Origin: Candidatus Kapaibacterium sp. | GTDB lineage: Bacteria > Bacteroidota > Ignavibacteria > Kapaibacteriales > HRBIN21 | DNA: 64,000 nucleotides | Assembly: GCA_025059875.1 (NCBI GenBank) | Contig: JANXCT010000002.1 | Span: 87,910 to 151,909, forward strand | Direction of reading: 5' to 3' | Shown: positions 9,929-21,462 of the stretch, piece after piece | Numbering within the stretch: position 1 is the first letter of the stretch | Layout of the letters: the number at the start of each line of letters is the position of its first letter | The notes under the pieces: generated by a model | Told to the model about the DNA's origin: nothing | Seen by the model: only the letters and a program-made list of their open reading frames with translations | The model's database searches: none | Program-made: the position numbers and the translations under genes

Positions 9929-10570
9929 ATGAAGTCGCAGAGAGACGGCCGTTGGAAGCAGACGTCAATTGCCCTTGGGCTTATTGTACTGGCAGCCCTG
10001 AGCCGTCTACTCCCCCACCCTCCCAACTTCACCCCAATGATGGCGATAGCTCTCTTCGGAGGCACGGTGTTAAGTTCGGGTTGGGCCTATGGAATTCCAC
10101 TCGGAGCCATGGCACTGAGCGATATTGCTTTGGGATTTCTGAACCGAGACTGGACGATCACCTTCCACCCTACCCTTCCGGTCGTTTACGGTTGCTTTGC
10201 CATAGGGGTTGCTTTGGCGCAGGGCTTCTTAAGGCTCAAGTTCCGCTTAAGCCGGTTGGTAGCCGTGGTGTTTGCCTCGTCGTTCATCTTCTTCATTGTG
10301 ACAAACTTTGCCGTTTGGCTTCTGACCGATTGGTACCCGAAGACCATAGAGGGACTAGTAGCCTGTTACGTCGCAGCCCTTCCTTTTTACCGTAACAGCT
10401 TGATGGCAGATATCGTGTACTCAGGCCTGCTCTTCGGGGCTTACTTTTCCGCTGCACGGCTGTTTGGCTACGTTCCTGTTCCTGGCTGGGGACACCTAAG
10501 CCAGGGTTTTACGCGGTTATTGCCCGGTGACGACGAGTCAGAACACGTACGAAGACAGCAGCAGCTTTGA
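9929..10570 (+). CDS. DUF6580-family putative vitamin transporter (ECF S-component-like)
   Basis: SRLLPHPPNFTP..AIALFGG, FFIVTNFAVW, CYVAALPFYRNSL, 5-6 TM helices. Confidence 0.75.
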   Translation: MKSQRDGRWKQTSIALGLIVLAALSRLLPHPPNFTPMMAIALFGGTVLSSGWAYGIPLGAMALSDIALGFLNRDWTITFHPTLPVVYGCFAIGVALAQGFLRLKFRLSRLVAVVFASSFIFFIVTNFAVWLLTDWYPKTIEGLVACYVAALPFYRNSLMADIVYSGLLFGAYFSAARLFGYVPVPGWGHLSQGFTRLLPGDDESEHVRRQQQL

Positions 10571-10937
10571 GGATACCGCTGATAAGGGCTGCAGCATCTT
10601 CCAGAGGTGGAGCAACCCTTCTGTATACTCTCTGTTCCAGACTGCGCACGTCCTCCGCGATTCCTTGCAGAATTGCCAGGAAGCGCTGTAGTGCTCCAAG
10701 GCTTGGTTCTACTTGGTTGAGGATTCTGTCAAAGCGCTGAGCAGCCGTCGTTATCGCTTCTACACCAGGAATGAGGCTTCGGCGAAGCTCACCGAGCAAG
10801 CGGAGGAGGTCATGGAGACTGATTTCCACGGTGCGGAAGATCCTTTGAAGTTGGAGGAGCAGCCGCACCAGGACGAATCCTATAGTGAGCAAGACAATCG
10901 CTGCTGTGGCAATCAGTACAGAAAGCCACGTTTCCAT
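10509..10937 (-). CDS. DUF948/YoxC-like membrane-anchored coiled-coil protein
   Basis: N-terminal TM then amphipathic helical body. Follows a YtxH-like gene. Confidence 0.6.
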   Translation of the reverse strand: METWLSVLIATAAIVLLTIGFVLVRLLLQLQRIFRTVEISLHDLLRLLGELRRSLIPGVEAITTAAQRFDRILNQVEPSLGALQRFLAILQGIAEDVRSLEQRVYRRVAPPLEDAAALISGILKAAAVFVRVLTRRHRAITA

Positions 10938-10967
10938 GGTTCTCCCCTAGCTCCTGATGGGCAGTCC

Positions 10968-11378
10968 CTACCCTGTCTTCGGAGCCGGAGAGGTTCCTTC
11001 TATCTCGCTGCGAAGGGCTTCGGAACTTGCCTGTACTGCTTCCCGAAGGCGTTCCGTAGTCGATGACACCCTTTCGCGTGCCTCTTGAATAGTCCGCTCA
11101 GCGCCTTTAAGAAGGGCACCGGCCTGTTCCTGTGCAGTCTGAACGATGGCCTGAGCCCGTTGCCGAGCTTCATTGAGCACTTCGGTGGCCTCCGCTGAAG
11201 TCTCGTCCAACAGCTTGCGTGCCTTCGTGTAGAGCTCTTCTGAGCGCCGACGGATATCGGCCCGTAGCTCGCGGCCGCTCTTCGGAGCAAGGAGCAGTGC
11301 TGTAATAGCTCCGACGAAGCTTCCAAGGAACACACCGGTCAAGAATCCTTGGAAGTATGCATTTCCCCGCTCGCCCAT
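10968..11378 (-). CDS. YtxH-domain protein
   Basis: FLTGVFLGSFVGAITALLLAPKSGRELRADI signature. Confidence 0.85.
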   Translation of the reverse strand: MGERGNAYFQGFLTGVFLGSFVGAITALLLAPKSGRELRADIRRRSEELYTKARKLLDETSAEATEVLNEARQRAQAIVQTAQEQAGALLKGAERTIQEARERVSSTTERLREAVQASSEALRSEIEGTSPAPKTG

Positions 11379-11402
11379 GGTTGGTGTGGAGAGTAGTGAG
11401 AC

Positions 11403-11930
11403 CTACTTGCCAGCAATGATCTCCTCAGGATCCCAGCGCTGTACTTTGAGGGTTGACTCGCAGAACTCCCGAACGGCTCCATTTCCTTCAGGCTGTCGGC
11501 AGATGTATGAAACCTGCCAGCGTACTTCCGGTATAGCATCTGCTGGGCAAGATGAGATGCCGATAACTTGAAAGGCGGGAAGGTCGGTAAGATCATCACC
11601 GATGTAGACAACATCCTCCGGTTCAAGGGAGAGCATTTCAGCTACTTGCTAAACGGTAGCCGCCTCGTCGTCCACTCCTATTAAGCAGCAGGGGCTCCCG
11701 GCTTCTGGGCACGCACACTGATAGCGGGTGAGTCCTCTTGAGAGAGTGGAGCGACAGAGATCCCCACCAGCTGCACCGGGCGAATCCCCAAGCCGTCGTG
11801 GACGTGGAAACACCAGAGTACCTCACTTGAGGGCCAGGTAGCAGTAGAGTTTACCATTGGTGAGCGTCCCATCAATGCCTACGACGAGCAAGCGACACGC
11901 TATAGTTTTGCGACTGGCTCTTCACTCTTA
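11403..11930 (-). pseudogene. kdsC: KdsC/YrbI-family HAD phosphatase, degraded
   Basis: Fragments in three frames: RLLVVGIDGTLTNGKLY, FHVHDGLGI...RAQK, and YIGDDLTDLPAF...GNGAVREFCE. In-frame TAG at 11649-11651. First catalytic Asp reads Gly. Confidence 0.8.
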
Positions 11931-11974
11931 GTCTCTCTGGGCTGATATTGAGCTTTGCGAGGTAGCGGTGACGA

Positions 11975-12970
11975 ATGTCGGGTTCGAGGATTGCGATTCT
12001 GTTCCTGGCCGTTGGGATCATAGGTGTGGCGTGGAGCTGTGACACCGCACGCCATTCTCTTTCTAGAGTTACGAACAGCGACACTGCAGCGTCGGTAGAG
12101 ACTCCTCAGCCTTCATTCGACGCCGATCATGCCTACCAGCTCGTTGTACGTCAAGTAACCTTTGGGCCACGAGCCCCTGGCCTCCCTGGACATGACAGCT
12201 GCCGCATGTTCCTGGTAGAGTTCCTGAGGCAATATGCAGACACAGTATTCGAGCAACGCTTTTCCCGACAAGTCTACGGCAAGTTGCTGCAGTTAACCAA
12301 CGTTGGAGCCTCCTTCCGGCCTGAGCTCTCTAAGCGGGTACTCCTCTGTGCTCACTGGGACACGCGTCCATACGCAGATGAAGATCCAGATCCGCGAAAT
12401 CGGCAGCAACCAATTCTAGGAGCTAATGACGGTGCCAGTGGAGTTGCAGTGCTGCTGGAGATTGCCCGCATCTTAAAGCATCATCCTCCACCGGTTGGTA
12501 TAGACTTGCTCCTCTTAGATGGAGAAGACTACGGCAAGGCATCGGATCTAGAGAACTTCTGCTTAGGGTCCCAACATGCCGCCCAGAACTATCCGTTCCA
12601 GAGGTCCCCGACATGGGTGATTGTCGTTGACTTGGTGGGTGATCGAGAAGCGTGGTTCCCATGGGAAGAATACTCGTGGCACAGTGCACCCAACCTCTTG
12701 ATAAGCCTGTGGCAAAAGGGGGCTCGGTACTCCTCCACGATGTTTCGCAACGAACTTGTTGGACCGATCTACGACGATCACGTACCCTTTATTCAGAGAG
12801 GACACCGGGCCATCGTCATCATCGATGCTGAGCTCGTCGGCAATCGCTCTCCTAATCCTCGGCGCCGCTACTGGCATACCTTACGCGACACACCTGAGAA
12901 TATCTCCTCGGAAACCTTGCGCGTTGTTGGTCAGACACTGCTTGATTGGATTTACCAGACGCAATGGTAG
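11975..12970 (+). CDS. M28-family lipoprotein, likely glutaminyl cyclase
   Basis: Lipobox AWSC, AHWDTRPYAD, GANDGASGVAVLLE, DGEDYG, DDHVPF, WHT..DT.ENI. Confidence 0.75.
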   Translation: MSGSRIAILFLAVGIIGVAWSCDTARHSLSRVTNSDTAASVETPQPSFDADHAYQLVVRQVTFGPRAPGLPGHDSCRMFLVEFLRQYADTVFEQRFSRQVYGKLLQLTNVGASFRPELSKRVLLCAHWDTRPYADEDPDPRNRQQPILGANDGASGVAVLLEIARILKHHPPPVGIDLLLLDGEDYGKASDLENFCLGSQHAAQNYPFQRSPTWVIVVDLVGDREAWFPWEEYSWHSAPNLLISLWQKGARYSSTMFRNELVGPIYDDHVPFIQRGHRAIVIIDAELVGNRSPNPRRRYWHTLRDTPENISSETLRVVGQTLLDWIYQTQW

Positions 12971-13815
12971 AGGACTTCATTAGCGTAGAGCTTCGGATTC
13001 CAGAGGAGTACCTTTCCATCGCCTACGGACTCCTTTCTCCCTTCCCCACTACTGGAATTGAGGAAGGAGAGGGATACTTGCGGGTCTACTTTCCTAGTTC
13101 CAGCTGGGAACGGATAGAAACCGCTTTCTACCACTCTATAGTGGGGCTACTACCTCCTGGCTGCGTGCATGCCGTCCATACTGTAGCATCGCGGGATTGG
13201 TATTCCCTGTGGGTGAGCCAGTTAGTTCCCGTGTGGCTCTCTGACGATATCGTTGTCCATCCTTTCCCGGAAGTCCCAACGCCATCGATGTACCCTACGG
13301 CTCGTGATATTCTGCATATTGTTCCTGGCACCGCATTCGGAACAGGCCATCATGCCAGCACTCGTCTAGCAGCCAAACTCCTCCTTCGTCATTTACTTCC
13401 CAACACAACTTGGTTAGATGTCGGTACGGGTACAGGAATTTTGGGGATCTTGGCGCTTCGGCGTGGGGCAGCTTGTGTATATGCGATTGATAACAATCCG
13501 TTTGCTCTACAGCAGGCCCGTGATAACGCACTGCGTAATCGCGTAGTGGACAGGTTTCTCCTCATGTCAGGTGATGTTGAGACCTTCGGCCTTCCCAAAG
13601 TAGATGGGATTGTGGCTAACCTCGATGCCGAGCTCTTGTACCGGCTAGCGCCGAAATTTAACGGGGTCCTACCACAAGGTGGAGTTGCTGTCATGAGTGG
13701 AATCCTTGTAGTTAGCGCGGAAAGAATTTGTAGGAGGTTTGAGGAATTTGAGTTCGAAGTCGTTGAAAAAGAGTTAGAAAACGATTGGATAGCCTTTGCC
13801 TTCCGTAAGCAGTGA
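12964..13815 (+). CDS. prmA: Ribosomal protein L11 methyltransferase
   Basis: PGTAFGTGHHASTRL, LDVGTGTGIL, SGIL. Confidence 0.85.
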   Translation: MVEDFISVELRIPEEYLSIAYGLLSPFPTTGIEEGEGYLRVYFPSSSWERIETAFYHSIVGLLPPGCVHAVHTVASRDWYSLWVSQLVPVWLSDDIVVHPFPEVPTPSMYPTARDILHIVPGTAFGTGHHASTRLAAKLLLRHLLPNTTWLDVGTGTGILGILALRRGAACVYAIDNNPFALQQARDNALRNRVVDRFLLMSGDVETFGLPKVDGIVANLDAELLYRLAPKFNGVLPQGGVAVMSGILVVSAERICRRFEEFEFEVVEKELENDWIAFAFRKQ

Positions 13816-14786
13816 TGGGGTGTTGGGCTGTATTAGATATGGGAACGAACACTTTTTTGTTGCTGGTTGCGAAATGGGATGCGGCTGAACAGCACCTGAG
13901 CGTGTTGGAGGACCGAGTTGCTGTCGTTCGCCTCGGCGAGAATGTAGCCCGAACTGGCAGGATTCGGGAAAGCAGCATAGAGAGGGCAATCGAAGTAGTC
14001 AAGTTTTACAACAACTTATGCTTAATTCGCCAAGTTGCTCTCATTTGGATGGTAGGTACGGAAGTGTTTCGGCGATCGCTCAATGCCATTGATGTCGTTG
14101 AGAAACTGAGGAAATATTTTACAGCGCCCTCATCAGTTGTGATACTTTCCCCAGCAGAAGAAGCTAGGCTGAGTCTCTATGGCGCTGTTTTTGGTGATTT
14201 CCCAGATGGGCCTATCACCGTGGTAGACATCGGCGGGGGTAGCACTGAGATTGTTTACGGAAGTAGAATGGAAATCAATAGCTTTGTCTCGATCCCGATA
14301 GGTGCAGTATGGCTACAGGAGCACATAGACGCTAAGGGCTGGGACATCCAAGAATCTATGAGTTTTGTCAGCGATATCTTGCGGAAGTGGCTTCCTCCTA
14401 TTCCCCAACTACCGGGACACGCATATGCTGTAGCTGGCACACCTATAACTCTTGCTGGGCTTCTGGCAGGCCTCCCCTACCAGCGCTGGTGGGAGGTGCA
14501 TGGTGCACTGTTGACCCGCCACGAGGTTACATGTTTACTTCAGTGGCTCTGGAATACTCCGATAGAAGAAAGGCGCCGCCATCCCGCTATCCATCCACAA
14601 CGGGCCGATATACTCCCGGGCGGTACCCTGATCTTAGCAGCCATCATGGAAGCCCTTCAACTCTCTGCAGTTCGTGTCAGCATTTATGGGCTTCGATACG
14701 GAGCGCTATACGAAAAGCTGAAAGATTGGGAAGGAGTAGATATTGCCAGGTTGGGCAGCCTCAAGGTAAGCTATGGGCCTCGATCG

Positions 14787-14792
<6 letters not shown>
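13812..14792 (+). CDS. ppx: Ppx/GppA-family phosphatase
   Basis: DMGTNT, VRLGE, EEARL, DIGGGSTE, RADIL, GLRYG. Confidence 0.85.
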
Positions 14793-18341
<3,549 letters not shown>

Positions 18342-18483
18342 CGCTATCTGGAATCAACGGTTCTAACACGCCCGGAGCTAAAAGACGGACGTTACCAGAG
18401 TATAGTCCTAGCATAGCACGCGCGCCGCTGTTGGGGGTCCTAACTTTCCTAACTTTGTCGAGGAGTTGGGTAGCAGGAGTTTC

Positions 18484-20376
18484 ATGGTGATAGTTGTTGC
18501 AGCCGCCGTTGCGCTAGGATGGCTTGGGGGAACGGCGCTACAGGCTCAGATGTCCCTATCCCTCCGTGCAGCCCTTCTTCAGACATGGCATGCTGCAGAG
18601 CTCAGAAGTACCTCTGGCATTGTTGACTGCGGGACCTTTCGGTCCGGTTCAGGACAAGGTTGGGGTGCTGCAGTTGGGGTAGAGTTCCCTGTCCTCTCCC
18701 CGCTGCGAGTAGAGCTTTCCGCCCTGCTGAGCCAGCGGGGGGGCACACTGGTTACCCAGACTACCTTCCCAATACGGGATACGGTGACGGGTGATGTCCT
18801 TGATGTCACAACCGAAGCCCAGCTGGAGAGCCGATGGCTTGTCGGAGAGCTCCAGCCAGCCCTTGTCCTCCCAGTTGGAAGGCGTTTTCGAGCAGTTCTT
18901 GGCGGTCGCATCGGGCTGCCGCTCGTTGCACGCTTTCGCCAAGTTGAGCACATCCGATCTCCAGACACCGTGCTGTTTCTGATGCCCGACGGACGACGTC
19001 TACGGACTCGGCTCCTCGCAGAAGGAACCTTCTCTCCCCTGCTCGTTCCTCACGTAGGACTGACGGCTGGGTTGGAGCATTCGGTCTCCATCGGAGCAAG
19101 TATCCGATGGCTACAGCGGGCTGTCGTAGAGTACAACCTCACCAGTTTCCTACTCGATGCACGATGGCGGCCCTGGTCAGCGCGAGCGGAGACAGGGATT
19201 CGCCTTGAGATTCCTTTATCTTCGCCTCTACCTGTACCTCCTTTACTACCTCCTTCTCCACCTCCGCCTCCCCGCCCTGAGCCGCCGTTGTTGTCGCTCC
19301 AGCCCGCAGAGATTACGGGTTACGTGCGGACGGGATATGAGTTACTGGCTACACCACCGATTGTCACAGCGGTCTTCTTCGAGCACGACTCTGCCCGTGT
19401 CCCTGAGCGATACGTACGGCGTAATGTCCCGCTGGAGGAGATCTTCAGCCTAGACCCGCTGACAGCACACCGCTATGTGCTCCCGTACGTTGCAGAAGTC
19501 TTGCGCCGCAATCCTGCAGCTCAGGTGGTGCTGGAGGGTGCAACGTCAGCAGAGGATGAGTCCGGAGGAGAGGAGCTTGCTCGACAGCGGTGTGAGGCTG
19601 TCTCACAAGCTCTCCAAGCCCTTGGGGTTCCTGCAGGGCGGATCAGCACGAGATGGCGCCTGCTGCCGCGAGTTCCTTCTAACCCCGCGTATCCAGAGGG
19701 GCGGGCTGAGAATCGGCGGGTGGATATCGTCATCCAGAATGCTGCCTCGATAGAGTACGTGCGACAACAGTTGTTCAGCGAGTTCGTAGGGGTGGCACGC
19801 CTGCGTATTGATTGCCGCAGTTTCGATGAAAGAGCTAGCCTTGAGCTTCGAGCGTCGTGCAGTGATACCCTGCTACGCTTGCCGTGCCATGATGGTGTTG
19901 TTGAGCTCCCCCTACAGTGCCGCCTCCCTGCTGAGAGTCCGGGGCTACCACTCGTTGTCTCAGCCACGGTTCCATCAGCAGGCACTGCCACAGATGCCCA
20001 TATGGAGCTAGCGCTACAGGAGTATCCTCGCGATAGTGTCCTTCTCGATACACGGCGCTTTCGGGCAATCCTCCGCTTTGACTACAACAGCTCAGTCCTA
20101 ACCTCGGAGGTAGAGGAACGTTTGAGGCAACTGGTAGCCATCCTTCCTCGACAGGCCCGCGTGAGGATTTACGGCAGTAGCGACGCGCTTGGCACAGAGC
20201 GCCGGAATGTCGAGCTCACGGCCGAGCGTGCTCAGCGAACGGCGGAGTTCCTCCGCCGTCTTGCTCCGGGACTGCAGGTCCAGACACTGCCGCTGCCAGC
20301 GGCTCGCAAGTTCCCAGAAGACCTCCCCGAGGGGCGTTTCCTGAACCGCTCTATTTGGGTAGAAGTCGAACTGTGA
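18484..20376 (+). CDS. Outer-membrane protein: beta-barrel, poly-Pro linker, two OmpA-like C domains
   Basis: Signal peptide ending LQA|Q, beta-strand-like N half, PPSPPPPPRP linker, VFFEHDS...GRAENRRVDI and FDYNSS...PEGRFLNR. Confidence 0.7.
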   Translation: MVIVVAAAVALGWLGGTALQAQMSLSLRAALLQTWHAAELRSTSGIVDCGTFRSGSGQGWGAAVGVEFPVLSPLRVELSALLSQRGGTLVTQTTFPIRDTVTGDVLDVTTEAQLESRWLVGELQPALVLPVGRRFRAVLGGRIGLPLVARFRQVEHIRSPDTVLFLMPDGRRLRTRLLAEGTFSPLLVPHVGLTAGLEHSVSIGASIRWLQRAVVEYNLTSFLLDARWRPWSARAETGIRLEIPLSSPLPVPPLLPPSPPPPPRPEPPLLSLQPAEITGYVRTGYELLATPPIVTAVFFEHDSARVPERYVRRNVPLEEIFSLDPLTAHRYVLPYVAEVLRRNPAAQVVLEGATSAEDESGGEELARQRCEAVSQALQALGVPAGRISTRWRLLPRVPSNPAYPEGRAENRRVDIVIQNAASIEYVRQQLFSEFVGVARLRIDCRSFDERASLELRASCSDTLLRLPCHDGVVELPLQCRLPAESPGLPLVVSATVPSAGTATDAHMELALQEYPRDSVLLDTRRFRAILRFDYNSSVLTSEVEERLRQLVAILPRQARVRIYGSSDALGTERRNVELTAERAQRTAEFLRRLAPGLQVQTLPLPAARKFPEDLPEGRFLNRSIWVEVEL

Positions 20377-20427
20377 AGCTAGGCAGTTCAGGGATAGAGT
20401 TTGTTGTAGAAGTCCCGCGGAGAGTAC

Positions 20428-21147
20428 ATGGAGCTCCGGGTTGCGTTCTCAAAGGCGAGCGGTGAGCCGAAGTATAGGAACTACGTCGAGTGGCTTTACC
20501 GGGTGATTCCTGAGATGGTGGCTGTGGATATTTCCGCTGTGCAAGACCCCGTAGAGGCTTTACAGGAGTGTGCTGGGCTCGTGCTGACTGGGGGGCCAGA
20601 CATCGCACCCTACCGCTATGGCCGACCGGAATACGCTCCGCTGTGTACGGAGACCCCGGACGAGGAGCGGGATGAGCTGGAGCTGAGAGCCATCCAGCAG
20701 GCAGTTGAGCTCAAGATGCCAATCCTGGCTATCTGCCGCGGAGCTCAGGTCCTCAACGTCGCCTTCGGCGGGACCTTGATTGCTGACCTACCAACTCAGC
20801 GTCAGACCCCGGTTACCCACTGGAAAGTGGAGGGCAAAGACTCTATCCACGACGTCACCGTGCTACCAGCAACGCTCCTCTGGAAGTACACCCATGTAGA
20901 GCAGTCCGAAGTTGCCAGCGCCCATCACCAAGCGGTTGAAGAACTAGCTCCCGTCTTCATGCCCTCTGCCCTTGCTCCAGATGGGGTTGTAGAGGCCTTC
21001 GAGTGGGCCAATCCAGAAGACCGAGGCTTCCTAATTGCTGTGCAGTGGCATCCGGAGCGGATGCCATGGGAGAACCCTCTATCGTCGGCCCTTGCGGAAC
21101 GCTTTGCGCTAGAGGTAGAGAGCTATGCCCGGCTCTTCCGCTGCTGA
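20428..21147 (+). CDS. Class I glutamine amidotransferase-like peptidase C26 (PuuD family)
   Basis: LVLTGGPDI, AICRGAQVLNV, HHQAV, VQWHPE. Confidence 0.88.
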   Translation: MELRVAFSKASGEPKYRNYVEWLYRVIPEMVAVDISAVQDPVEALQECAGLVLTGGPDIAPYRYGRPEYAPLCTETPDEERDELELRAIQQAVELKMPILAICRGAQVLNVAFGGTLIADLPTQRQTPVTHWKVEGKDSIHDVTVLPATLLWKYTHVEQSEVASAHHQAVEELAPVFMPSALAPDGVVEAFEWANPEDRGFLIAVQWHPERMPWENPLSSALAERFALEVESYARLFRC

Positions 21148-21183
21148 TCCGGACGGGATGTCGAGGATATGGGTCCAGCTTTG

Positions 21184-21191
21184 TATTTTTG
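21184..21191 (+). promoter_or_regulatory. Bacteroidota-type -7 promoter element upstream of tRNA-Gly
   Basis: TATTTTTG matches TAnnTTTG, 16 nt before the tRNA. Confidence 0.6.
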
Positions 21192-21207
21192 CGTCCGGCA
21201 AGCGAAT

Positions 21208-21280
<73 letters not shown>

Positions 21281-21315
21281 CAGCGACGCGAGTCGCCACT
21301 TCCTCTCTATGCTGC

Positions 21316-21357
21316 ATGCCTTGCCATCGCCTTCCCCAGATGGCAGGGCATTTTTTT
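21316..21357 (+). terminator. Intrinsic terminator after tRNA-Gly
   Basis: Stem ATGCCTTGCCATC/GATGGCAGGGCAT followed by a T run. Confidence 0.8.
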
Positions 21358-21462
21358 ACACGAAGCCTATAGTTCGGTCGTTTTAGGAAGCCAGCAAAGT
21401 GAGACAGCCATGGGTGGAGCGATAGGCGACAGTGACGGTGTTCGATAGCCTCTCTGCTCTCC

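Noticed and set aside
8904..9968. Cobalamin riboswitch near the putative B12 genes
   Set aside because: There is no intergenic room at the 5' ends, and I could not recognise a B12 box by eye. An Infernal scan would be decisive.
11640..11830. Stop-codon recoding (Sec/Pyl) in the kdsC-like gene
   Set aside because: The stops come with frameshifts and loss of a catalytic residue.
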